From assembly GCA_010093815.1 (NCBI GenBank), contig ML996568.1: a stretch of 64,000 nucleotides of DNA; one strand, 5' to 3'. A program made the position numbers and the translations under genes. This document shows positions 28,517 to 40,870 of this stretch, in pieces (the stretch's first letter is position 1; the number at the start of each line of letters is the position of its first letter). This DNA is from Pseudovirgaria hyperparasitica (taxonomy: Eukaryota). A model generated the notes under the pieces. The model saw only the letters and a list, made by a program, of their open reading frames with translations, searched no databases and was not told the origin of the DNA.

Positions 28517-30553
28517 ATGGAGACTGATAGCAACAGAACGAGCAACAAGACCTTCCACACATCCTTCACCGAAATACGCAGCCCAACAGGAAAGTTAATG
28601 AAGAGGAGTCGAACTGCCAGCCAAGGCGGTTTTGATAATCCACCGAGAACTCGAAATCCACAAGCGCAGCTGCTAAGATGGGTTTCTCTATCATGGATAT
28701 CGTCAATACTTGCGTTGGTATTTCTAGCTCTGACGTCAATCTACGCTTCGAGTAATTCTTTCATGTCAAAAATCAGTTTCATCGGAAGCTCGCCGAGTAA
28801 CACCATCTTGGTTCTGAGAGTCCTGTCTGAGATAGCAGGAGTGACGTTGGCAGCAGCAATTGCAGGTGCATTCGAGAAACTACAATTCATACTCGTCACC
28901 CGAAGACACCACACCACTGGGTTTCGCCTCACAGACTACCTAGCCCTCGAAGCAGGCACTGGCATGTCAGGCCTCCTAGCCATCATGGTCTCATACGGCG
29001 TAAAGCACGCCGTAACTCGTGGCTGGTCACTCCTCCGCATAACGGCCATCGTAATGGTTCCCATCCTCAACGTGTTGATTATGAGTGAGTATTCCTCCAG
29101 GAGGGGCGCCTCTCGTATCCAGCCTCGCCCAATGCACGCCATCACGAACTAACTCCCCGCAGGTAACGTAGAAACGACCAAGATCTTCAGGCCCGTCCAT
29201 GAAGACGAGATGATGATGGGCTACGGCATCGGCACCTTTAACGCCTCGCTCGCCGCCGTCTGGGCACCCATGACCGATCTGCTCTTTGCAACTCGCTTCT
29301 CAGAGTTTCTCCTCGACACCACCCGCGCCATCGAGGTCCCCACCTCCAACGCCGTCGATGCATGCACCGCCTCCTTTACCGGCTCCGCAGCCCACACCTG
29401 CGAACAGACCTACTACGTCCCCGGTGGCATCGAGAACTATGCCGCATGGCTGCTCTCCGACGAAAACAGCCAAAAGGCAGACTCCTTCATGGCCGTCGAC
29501 CAATCGGGCTTTATTTTCGACTTTCTACATGGCGCGCACGACTGGACGTACGACCACGACACAGAATGTAAATACTGGGGTGTCAACATTGGCGCGTTTG
29601 CGCTATGCATCAAAAACGATGCCGCAGGCCTCCTGCAAGCCAAACTCGTCCTTTGCGACGGGCTCAAGGCGGGCAATGGCGATTGTCTGACGAACCGTAG
29701 CTGGATGCTCGAGGCGGGCTGGAAGACGTCCTTGCGCGTGTCCCTGCGGCCCGCGACAGTCGCGTATTCGCGTCTCAACGGCACGATCCTGTCCTACGAA
29801 TTCTCCGCAACAAGTCCGGCCCAGCAGACCCAGGTACTTGCGCCGGACCTCCTGTCCGCGTTCGACGTCGTCTTCAACCCTGTCGACCCGGAGTCGTTCT
29901 TCCACCTCGTGCTCTCATTCCTCGAGATCGAAGACAACAGACCTGTGCTGCCGCTGTATGTATGGTGGTGGTTCCACGGCCTCAACTCGCTTGCCAAGGA
30001 TGATCCGGCTGCGGAAAGCCGTGCTGTGGGTGGACTGCAGAGCTTGCTCTCGCTACCGATATACCACTGCCAAGCAAAAGACTTTGCAGAGCTGCGTACA
30101 CTTGGTTTTGACAACAGCACCGCTGCCGGCGCGGCGATTATGTCTATGTTTCCCGAAGCGGACCGTGATACGCCAATCTATCCGTCTGTCATGGCATACG
30201 ACATCCATGTAAGTCGCACTACACTGCTCGCCTATGTGGCCCTATCGGCTCTCAGTCTCGTGTTCTGTTTTGGTATGTTGATTTGGGCGTTGTTGGTTAG
30301 AAGCGAACGAGAGGTCGGGTATCTGAGCCTGTATCCGACGCTGAACTTCAGAACAAAGTGTGAAGTGTGGGAGCGCGATGGCACATGGGTGCCACGAGAG
30401 GAGTTGGTCAAAACAGGGACGCTAATTCCAGGGAGGCTGATGCGGAGGGTTGGAGATATGAGGGTGAGACTCGCAGCTGGAGGGATGGGTTTGGTGCCGG
30501 GACGCGGGGACCCGGAGATGGGGGTGAGGGGTCCAGTTGAGGAGACAAAGTGA
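28517..30553 (+). CDS. Uncharacterised multi-pass membrane protein, 2 exons (intron ~29086-29163)
   Basis: Three N-terminal hydrophobic segments, a Cys- and N-glycosylation-site-rich middle and a C-terminal TM segment. A GTGAGT..CTAAC..CAG intron links the two ORFs. Confidence 0.75.
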
Positions 30554-31101
30554 GTGTATAGAATTATGTGATAACGAATTGAATGAGATTATGGAGTAGC
30601 GTATACATTAGTGAAATGAAAACAAGTTACATTCAATAAGCTATTAGGAACATCGTATACTATTTTTAAAGCCCAATCTACCTCTACCATATCATGTACA
30701 TCGATGTGTGCTCTAGCACACCTGAATGGGCTCTGTTAAACAGAGCCTATACCGCCGAATCAAGGACTTGACATGTCCGTCCATTTTCACAGCGCTATCA
30801 ATCGCTGCTACGTCTCCAGACTCAAACTAAAAAACATATCAATTGACGCAAGCTGTTTCGACCGACTTCAATGAACCACGTGAATGAGCAGACTCATTCG
30901 AAACAATGAGACTGGCTCGAAAACATGTTTTCCATTGGCATCCCCGGAAGCATGCCATATAAAACCATCATAAGGTCTTCCTAGCGACCGTACCTACTTA
31001 CTGCTTCCAAGGAAGGCGGTTCGCATTTTGTGCTTCTCGAAACGAGACATTACGTCCAAACTCTGCTGTCCCACGACTAAGACGCCATGCACACAACGGC
31101 T

Positions 31102-33941
31102 TCAGTACTTCGTCTTCTTCAAAGCCTCACCCCCATTCAAGCCCTCGTCGCTTTTCCTCTTCTTACCACTCACAGCGCCAGTCTTAACAGGCGAAGCAAT
31201 TTTCTGCTGCGAACCATTGGACAGTGATAGCCTCTTATGAGCCCTGAAACCCATACCAGCGACCAGTTCCGGGACCCTTTTCTGCTTGTCGGATGCTTGC
31301 TGCTCATTGTACTTGGCAAGGTTCTTTCTTCGCTCCAGGGATTCTTCTGAGAGGGAACGGGGCGTCTGAGCATTGGGGTGACTTGGGTAAGAATCAGAGG
31401 TTGGGAGAGAGGTTGGTTGAGTGGCACCTGTCATGGGACAGTATGAATGCTCTGACGAATGCGCGTGTTGCATATCTAAAGGATAAGAACGTGCTTCGTT
31501 AGGGCCGGTTGTAGCGGATTGTGTGTTGTGTTGCGTGTAATACGGACTGGTGAGTGCCCCGGATGCGTTCGTCGGATAGCCAGTATTTGTTTGATCAGGG
31601 CTACCATATCCTCCTACGTTACTGTAGCCATTAGGGCTGGGGTATGATCGTGGGGAATTCGCGAAGGGGTCTCCATGCACTGTGTCATATCCACGTGATC
31701 TTTTAGATGTCTTCTTGGTGATAAACCTGGAGTTCGTATGTACTGACAAACCACAATACGCAACATTATTGATATGTTCAGGGGGACAGAGAGAACTGCT
31801 GTAGCTTAAAAGCGACGGCGGATCTTCTTGAGGGCTAATGCAAGATTCCTGCGGAGATTTCGAAGAATTGCCCTGGGATCGCTTTCCAGGGCTGACGTAT
31901 TCATTCGCAGATGTATGTGCGTATTGCTCCATCGGTGAAGAGCTACTAGCGTAAGCATGGATTCCAGCAAGGTATTCCACTTGACTTGGGACTTCAGTTG
32001 CCTGATTTGTCATGGGTTCAATTCGGCCATGCAACTTTGAATGCGTCATGTCTGGTAATGACGAGACTTGACACTCAGAGCCGGTATGTTGGCCTAGAAA
32101 TGATACACCAAGAGAGTCGAGTCTAGCTACGTGCGAATTTCTAGCGATACGAAGAGTTTCTGCATCCAGAACGGCTTCACTGACTGTGTTTTTCTCTTCT
32201 TCCGTCTCGCCAAGCTCTGTTGCAATTCCTTGCGAAGTATGAGGCAATGTGAGAGGGGGTCGATTTCCCAGCGAATCTTCAGATACGGATGATGCTAGTT
32301 TGCCAGATGTACTCTTCATAATCGAGCTAGAAACAGAGCTAGAGCCTGATTGATTACTAGTGGCATTGTGTAAGGACTTTGACTTGGAGGCAATCATGTT
32401 CGCTGATGTTGTATGACCTGACTGTGATGCGTTGAGGGCAGCAATACAGCCTGTTGAACTCATGCTTGACGTGGGGGACATCTGTTGTGACGGTCTTGGG
32501 GACTCTTGACTGCTAATACTCATTGCTTTATTCGTGAGTCCTGGCGACATAATGGCAGAAGTGGTACCAGAGAGACTAGAGGTGCTTCGATGGATGACGC
32601 TCTGGACTGAAGCCGATGCCTTGTCTGCAACAGGCGTCGATGTAGGACGAGGCTTGGAGCCCATATTTGCGACCGGAGCTACGGATCCACGGACGTGCGG
32701 CGGAGCAAGGCTACTAACACTTTGCTGACATTGGAGAGGATCGAGTTGAGGTGTACTGGAAAGTTTTGGTTGCTCATTTCGAGAGTGTCCCTCCATCGCC
32801 TTTTTCTTAGCAACCTCTTTATCGAGAGCGGAGATCATGCGTTCCAACTTCTCGGTGGTGAACTTCGCACTCATTCGGCGAGCTAGCACTGTCAATCCTC
32901 CTGGTGGAGGATCCCAGTCAGCTTCAAGATTTGTTCCATGCCCCAAGGCGAGAGCTGAGGACTTCGAAGGAATGTTCAGCTTTGCGCTAGATACTTGAGA
33001 TTCTGCTGAATTTCTGTTGGCGTCCTCTATGCGTTTTGAATCCGCCGCAATTCTGGCTGCATCTTCAATACGCTTCGCCTTCAATGAGATTTTGGCCTCT
33101 TGAGATTTCTGTGACGCAATTCGTTCTGCCACGCATATCTTGGCCTTTGGAAGCCATTCTCCAAGAAGGGTGAGCGGAAGCTCTTCAGTAAAAAGATAAC
33201 CGTACCCACACACTAGCTCCTTACAGGTAGGCTCTTCTGGATCCACGTATTCTCCAGCTCGAGCACGGGCGTATTGTTCTTCAGTGGGCTCTTGCTCACC
33301 TTGATCGATGACAATCTTCATGCACTCTGCTCTGGAAGTGTTTAAAAGAACCTCACAAGGATAGTAGCTGTGCTCAAATATCTTGTGTTTCACCAAGATT
33401 TGTGCTTCTTCCTCAATCTCTCTGATGATCATGGCTTGTACATTGATGCTGAGGTCATTGAAAGTGACCTGTGTGACGTCAGCTACAACTCGTTTTCAAA
33501 TAACATTGTAATCATTACCTTTCTTGGATTCTTCACGGTGTGACCTTCTTCATCACTGTCTTCCATTGAACGCATATCATTGTCCCACTTCTCTGCCTCA
33601 CCTTCATCCATATCGAGGGTCCATTGTGTTCTTACGCGTGGCGTCAGTATATTCACCATGCTATCCTTCCACTGTTTTGTTTGGCTACGATCACGGTCTG
33701 CAATAAACTTGTAGATGTTGTGTTTGCATCCTGGAATTTCGCCTGGACGTGGCCGAGTATCTGGGAAATACTGAGAAGGGAAGGCAGCTGGCTTCAGGGT
33801 GGGCTTTTTGATAATCTGTTCGCTTGCAGACTGTTGCTTCTCACGAGAAGCTCTTTTCTTGTAAGGCCGGCGTGCTGAGCGCGTACGCGGAACGGGCTCG
33901 GAGTCACTGTCAATGGTCGAATGTCTGACGCGTTTCACCAT
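31102..33941 (-). CDS. Hypothetical low-complexity protein, 2 exons (intron ~33468-33519)
   Basis: ORF 33483..33941 joins the 776-aa ORF via GTAATG..GCTGAC..CAG (NPRK|VTFNDLSINVQAMIIRE). The protein is Ser-rich with basic NLS-like ends. Confidence 0.7.
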
Positions 33942-34753
33942 GTTGTCAATTGCTTCTTCGAGTTGGTCGTTTGAGGTTGACTGCAGAGAGATGTTTAGAG
34001 AAGCTCAGAGAAATGTGAGATGAGAAAATTGCGGGTGGTTGGTGGAAGAAGATATTTAGGGAAAGAGGGTGACGGACCTGAACAATGTCTTTGGACTCCA
34101 CTTCACTACGGTCCTGAAATCTTTGCGGCAGGCGGATCTGGTCGCGGCCGCGCAGTCTCATCGTGCGGATGTTAGCTTTGTCTACAATACGATTGATCGA
34201 AGAAAGAATACGATGTCCTTTAGAAAATTTACTCGGGCACTGTCTCTGTTGTTTGACGATGAAAGAATCTGGGATAGTGCGTTTGGTTAAGTGTGCGGTG
34301 GCAAGCACGCGGCGCACAATATTTCACAAATACAGGAAGAAGAATTATAATGAGATCTAATTCACTTGACATACCGAGCACATAAACATGATCAATAAGA
34401 TCATCCGAGGTATTACCATCGTGTCCACAACTAAGTTACCTTTCCTAGAGTCGGCGTAGGTGTGTTCTGTGGTTCTTTGTGTTCAGTCGAGGCTCTGTCT
34501 CTTGCATGCCCTTCACACACATCGTCAGGTCACCCATGAACTTCCTTGAACCATGACGCTTTGAAGCTGACGTTGGGCGCTAATGTGACTCTGATGTTCA
34601 ACATAGATTGGATCTATTGGACCAGAAAGGGACTCCCGTGGACTCACCCCTAAAGCTATTCCCGTATACTAAATGCCCCCAAATGCCCCCGTCTTTCTCT
34701 TGTGACATTAAGGTCGATTCTTTATGATGGGCATATTCATGTCACGCTGCGGG

Positions 34754-35638
34754 TCAGCTATATGGAGTAAAAACCCTGCCATCAAATCTTTCAAGGTCCA
34801 TGGCCTCTGTATCATCTTCGTCGCGATCAAGGTTGCGTTTTTGTTTGCGGTATCCGTTGCCATTGGCCGGTTGCGTGACATTTCGTTTAGCGGTAAGGAT
34901 GCCATGATATGTTTGTAGAAGCTGTTTAGATGTATCATCGAAGTTGACGCAGAATCTTTGAGCCTGACATATTTGCATTGCTTTGATGTGAGTAATTTTA
35001 TCGAACATTTCGGTGATATACGCCGCAACTAGGGCGGCTGACTTGTCGTTTCCTGATTCGCAGAATATGAGGACCTTGCCTAATTTCGGAGGTTCCATCG
35101 CCAGCGACCGCTGATATACTTGATATAGATGTATGTTGATTCGTTTTATAGCTGTGGGAAATACAGCAATGAGTTCCTGCGGGGATGGCGCGTCGACGGT
35201 TGCGATTTCGACTCCCAGTTCGTTCGCCGCCGTGAACGCCGCGTTCGTCAGACCAGATTGTTTTGGACGTACTGCTACCATCATAGTGATCTGTTCCTTC
35301 TGCAAGAAGACCTTGTCCTTCGCCCTACTCATAGGCCCAAGATACAGAAATGGTAGGATAGCCTGGGCCTCTCGCCTCCGCTCGTACGTCCATTCCAGAG
35401 TATGAGAGTCTTGAGTAAGTTTGGCATAATCGACATTGTTTAAGAAGCTGAGATCAAGTTCTCTGTCACCTTGGGGTGCTATGTGGTCGATGCTGAGATC
35501 ACGAAAGTCGGTGGATACGATGGGAGGGGGAATAACTATGCGAGGAGGTGTTGGGACACGATAGCTAAAGCTGGACGTGCGCTTATGTGCTGATGATATT
35601 TGATTCGAAAGAGCGTTTTCTTCGTATGTTGAATTCAT
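34754..35638 (-). CDS. Dual-specificity phosphatase-like protein
   Basis: WTYERRREAQAILPFLYLGP, KVLIFCESGNDKSAALVAAY and QAQRFCV are present in a single exon. Confidence 0.85.
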   Translation of the reverse strand: MNSTYEENALSNQISSAHKRTSSFSYRVPTPPRIVIPPPIVSTDFRDLSIDHIAPQGDRELDLSFLNNVDYAKLTQDSHTLEWTYERRREAQAILPFLYLGPMSRAKDKVFLQKEQITMMVAVRPKQSGLTNAAFTAANELGVEIATVDAPSPQELIAVFPTAIKRINIHLYQVYQRSLAMEPPKLGKVLIFCESGNDKSAALVAAYITEMFDKITHIKAMQICQAQRFCVNFDDTSKQLLQTYHGILTAKRNVTQPANGNGYRKQKRNLDRDEDDTEAMDLERFDGRVFTPYS

Positions 35639-36419
35639 CGTTCCTCGGAAATAAGTGCAGTGGTCGCGAACCGGAGGAAGTGCGCAGCTTGGACACTAAG
35701 GCACTGGGTACGACTGTATGACTTAGTTTACCGTCAAATCGTTTCAATGTAGCAGAACCTACAAAGCGGGCACAACCCGCTGCATACAGCGACAAGAGCG
35801 CGGTCAAGTGAAGATTCGGTGCAAAGAAGAGTGAGGTAAGGCGAGGTTGACATGTGGTACCTAGCCATCAAATTATAGTTGATGCCTGCGAGGTGAGAAT
35901 GTGCATGCCTTCCCCGCGTACCGCAAGCCTCCCGGTCGCGCAAGGACCTTGATAAGCGGGGCATATCCACCCACTTGTAATGAACTCACCTCTAATTTAT
36001 AGACATAAATCTCTAGATATGACTAATCTACATAAATAGAAAGCTCTATTGAGAGTATATGAGGTTTATGAATGTAATTTCATACTAGGATCATTAGTGT
36101 TTCAAGTATGATAGATATAGATTGTGGACACGCGTAGTGCGCGCGATGTCACGTGTAGCTCAAGGCGGTTATAAGTAATGTACTCCATAGCTGCGACTCG
36201 GTCCTTTTCGTGTACGTTGTGGTATGGCGCGTGTATGGAGCCCTGCCATTACAAAGGGTCACTTAGATAAATGTTTTGAGCATGAACTACATTATACTGT
36301 GTACTCTCAACTATGATCTTATGTAACACATATTATATACATCGTCCAGCGCTCTATAAATAGGGTTTACATGCATATTAAAAATATAACATACTCCAAC
36401 ATTGTTCGTGTTCAGTCAT

Positions 36420-37462
36420 TTATGACGGAGCCTTGTAGCCATCAACATCTGTCGAGTTGCTCAACTTCTCATACTTTTTGACGTTCTCGGCGTAAGTCTT
36501 GAGTTTCTTGTTGATGGTGGCGTATGCGTCAGTACCAAGAATGCATCTCAACGGCGGATCTTGCATCATAGCGAGCTCGTAGTATCCAAGGGCAGCTTTG
36601 TATGGGTCTCCCGCCTGAGTACCGTTACGTTTGCCCATGGCTGTTTTGGCGTCGATGTGGTCGTATGCTGGGTTCTTGTTCTCACCAAAGTGCATGCTTC
36701 GACCGGCCCAATCGGTTCGGAAACCGCCTTTCGATAATGTAAGCTTCGGCTGGAAGTTGATGGATTACCTGGTATCTTACCTGGTTCTATACAGGTCAAG
36801 TGGATGTTCCACTCCGGCTTCAGTTCCAGGGACAATGCCTCAGTGAAGCCCTCAATCGCCCATTTACTGAAGATGATGTTAGTCATAAGTCACACTCGTG
36901 CCTCATACACATACCTTGCGCAATAGATAGAGAATGTTGGCACGCCTGTAACATTAACCATAATGCACCAAAATACAGCGTGAAACACATACCAACTTGG
37001 CCGCCGATGGACGTGACCTGCTGAATCCTTCCGCCCGTGCCCTGAGCCCTCAAAACTTCAAGAGCTTTCCGTGTGACATCGATAAGACCGAAGAAGTTGA
37101 CCTCCATTTGAGCTCTGATCTGCTTTTCACTCAGTGACTCGAATTCTCCAGACAGTCCATAGCCTGGCATATTTAGGTTTTAGGTCAGAAATATGGGAAA
37201 GGCTAATAGTACCTGCATTGTTGACTACCACGTCGATAGTGTGGAATTTGTTGATAGCTGCGTCGAAAGCATTCTCGATTTGATCTTTCGAGGTTACGTC
37301 AAGATTGACAGCAAGATAGTTCGATTCAGTGGCTCCGTCAAACTTTAGCTTCGAGGAATCGCGAGCTGTAGCAACTACAGAGTCCCCGCGTTCCAGAGCG
37401 ATCTTGGCCAGTTCGGCACCAAAGCCAGTGCTGGTGCCGGTAATGAAGAAGACTTTCCCCAT
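36420..37462 (-). CDS. Short-chain dehydrogenase/reductase (5 exons)
   Basis: FITGTSTGFG, VVNNAG, the catalytic YCASK (split by an intron) and IEPG|GFRTDW. Confidence 0.92.
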
Positions 37463-37989
37463 GTTGCTTAGGGGATATATGATTGATTATATTGAATGTA
37501 GACTACGTCCGATGGCTGGAGGGCCAGGCAGCACTTCCTTATATACATCTTTCAGAAGCTGCGAGACGCCGCCACACTATGATGTTATCGCCGAGAACAT
37601 CCATTATGTCCATATATACGTCATAACTATGCTGGCCCTGGACGGCGAGTCTGATGTGCCTTGGGCGATCCATCGAGGTATTCATTCGTTAGCGTGAGCT
37701 ATGCAGCCGAGCTATCCGTTCGATGTACATTTGAGGCTGCATCGAACGCGCCGCGCCACATGTACATTCTGCTGAACAGTATTTCAGGGTATTGTCACCG
37801 TAGCAATTTTTCGTGTTCAGGATCTTCCATCCATTTGTCGAAGTTGGTGAGGACTGTGATGTCCTGGTCGTGATGCTTACATGACGTATGAGATCCTTAT
37901 TCTTGCATCTTGGAACACTGGCTTTGACGAGATGGGCCTTCATAGTGAGAAGGTACATCTTCCAAGAACGACAAAATAGATTGAGATGC

Positions 37990-39450
37990 TCACGTGTCAC
38001 CACATTCAACTCTTCCCACACCCCGTAGGCTGAGATAAACGTCTGTACCCCATCCCCACATGCTTTGCACGGCGATACCTCCTCCAAAGTATTCCGCATA
38101 GGCTCTCCCTAAAGGAAGGCCATATCCAAGACCAGCAAGGCTGTTCTTATTATCGCCACTGGCACCGGATATTGTGCTCAAAGCCTCCAGTCCACTACCA
38201 ATCGAAAGACTCGAAGAGGCTTCATCTTCTGTGAATGTCGTGAAGCTGTAATCCCAGATATGTTGATAATTCTCTGGTGTTATACCACCCCCATGATCAC
38301 GAATACGAATAGTCACTCCTGGTGTAGATCGCTTCAGGGGTCGGATATTCTCGGAGACACCGGTGTTCACTTCCTCGACAATATGAGACGCCAATCTTGA
38401 AGCTTTGTCCACATTCCATTGATCGATATTTTTGAGCATCTTGTTTGATGCGTCTGAAAGGTTATTTTCTGGCAATGGCGCAATGGTCACCTCGACCGGT
38501 TCGCGCTCCTTTCCTCGTTCTACAGTCGCTCGAAACGCGTTCTTCAGTAGCTCGGTGATGATATATTCCAGGTGTACAGGGACATGTGCGAAAGTGTATT
38601 CTGGCTCGCCGTTGATTACAAGCGATGGTCGAAGGCCGTATTTCAGCTCGCATATGTCGGACACCACTGATTCGCACTGGCGAACAATGGAAGCAGGGCA
38701 AAGCTTCGTATCAATCACACCGATATACCCTGATTCTGCGTGAATATCAGCATCGTCTGATAGATCTTGGTGTGGTTGTGATGAGAAATGTAATGCAATG
38801 TGTTGTTCTGCTATGAGACGAGTACCAATTCGAGCACGGAGGTGCTCGTCGAGAAATCTTGTGACATCTTTGGGGGATATATATTTCCGGGCCTCTAGAA
38901 AGCCCCGTGCCAGTATTGAGATTGTATCAGCATGAGTGTGCACCAGGTCAGCCATCACCTCCGTGAATTGTATCTCATCTTCCAGGGTACTGATCTCTTT
39001 CTCAGCCCATGGCAGCAGTGTGGACAGCGAATGCAGATAATTCTCGTGGATCTTGGATATTTGAGGGTTGACGACGACTATAAAGGGCAGATTCCGTAGA
39101 GACTGGATTCGGTGCGCAAGACGTGCTGGCAGAATCGAGAGGGTGAAATTCGCGGATTTGAAGAGTGCTTCAGCTGGTAATGGCGGTCGACCATGTCTGC
39201 CCAGTGGCCATGTGAGCTTCCACGCCACGACTAGGAGAAGAGTGTGATCTTACTTGACCAGGTCCGCAAGCGTCAAAGGATGTAGAGGCTTCGCGGCGAG
39301 ATGTGCGATATCGGCGTCGGTGACAGTCCTCGTATGTATCGCAGCGCGTGCGCGACAGTGTCCAATTGATTTCTTAAGGCGTGTTTTGGGCGCACCACAG
39401 GTTCCATTCTCTAACACCGACCTCGATACCCTACTTGCGGCCTGCCACAT
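37990..39450 (-). CDS. Mitochondrial PDK/BCKDK-family protein kinase, 2 exons
   Basis: Presequence-like N-terminus, LTLADLVK|HGRPP, RIGTRLIAEQH, ELLKNAFRA, IRDHGGG and GLGYGLPLGRAYAEYFGG. Confidence 0.93.
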
Positions 39451-39898
39451 GGTCGAATCTTGTGAAAAGGTGGAGGGAAGACAGCCCAGGAGATTGGTAA
39501 CGACCTAGGTAGCTCACGGGCTCACCACGGGCAGCTTGGCATGAATGCGACTTGACTGAGAAGTTGTAAAGACCACATCACGTGTATAAGAGTTGAACCA
39601 GTCAAAATATAGCGGATAAATACACTTTGACAACTGTTCATGCTGACACATGAGACATCCCAGCCATGACGTGAAGTTACCGCCAGTGGAAGTTTGACGT
39701 CGCGTTGGTATGACAGTATAGGGCACACATGCTGCTTTGGGTTAGTCGCAACATGATGGGTATGGAGACAACCCAAATCTGGGAGCGTCATTTGAATTTG
39801 CAAACAGGCTGCCTGCTATAATAGCTATAGGTACCATCCTTTCATAAATCTCAGTCGAGTTGTACTTAAAACTCTTGCGCATTCATCAGGGCATCGCT

Positions 39899-40256
39899 CT
39901 ACTGCGTGGTGACAACTTGATCCTTCTCGACATCTACACCTTCGTGAGACTCCAGCGTTGACAGCTTATCATCTGGGATCTCGGCGCTATTGCATGTCAA
40001 TACTGTGCCATACCATAGTTACATATCTCGTACGTGAATCCATCGATTAACTTAAACTCCTTGGTGATTTTTCCACCTTGATCAGTTATACTCTGCTTGG
40101 CCCTGATGGGAGTTAGCTTTATGAGTAGCGGCTACTGCGTTCCGAACATACGCCTCAAGCTTCTCTTTAGAATGACCCTCCTTGAGAGACACCTACAAAC
40201 ACTGTTAGACTTGTTACCTAGCAATAAAGGCTAGAGCTCACATTGATAACAGGCAT
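39899..40256 (-). CDS. Small proteinase inhibitor I9 (Pbi2/POIA1-like), 4 exons, ~70 aa
   Basis: Manual splicing of three canonical introns gives MPVINVSLKEGHSKEKLEAAKQSITDQGGKITKEFKLIDGFTAEIPDDKLSTLESHEGVDVEKDQVVTTQ*, which fits the I9 pattern (GGKI..F.LI.GF..VE.D..V). The ORF track does not show it. Confidence 0.85.
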
Positions 40257-40870
40257 TCTTGCTATGGTGGAAAGGCGAATGAACAAATGACGAGTGGACT
40301 GAATCGGGAATTTGTTGAAGAGGACCGGGAGCGTGGTGAACAAGTATCGCAGTATGAGGGTATTTATGCAAACCGACCTGGGGTGGTTGGAACAAGCTGG
40401 AGCCCTCGACCAAGTGCAGGTGACGCAATGACGTGCGCTGGGAGGGGGGGTCCGCAATGCAAGACTGGGAAGTGAAGGCTCCAGCTGGCTGCATTCCTAA
40501 CTGCACCCTTGCTTCAAGTTCGGCTGTACTTAAGCTAATAGTGGACGCTCGTGGGCCAATACATCTACTTCGTCTGACAATCTGAAGTCTCAAATCACAC
40601 TACCTCGACATTGACACGGGCCAATACTTGAATACATAAATATTAGGTGAAAGCCTGCAGAGCGTGGCGTCGTCGCGTCGTGGCGGTGCAACGCGGGGCA
40701 CGCGATAAGATAGTGATATGTACCTAGGCTAGTGCTAGGTACCTTCCAATGAGACCAGGGTTGAGTTACTAGCTCATTATGTCTTAGCGCCATAATAATA
40801 ATTTCTTCCGCCATGAGTATTGATCACAGAACTTCTGAGTGCTGCACCACCATACTTCCGAGCAGCGACC

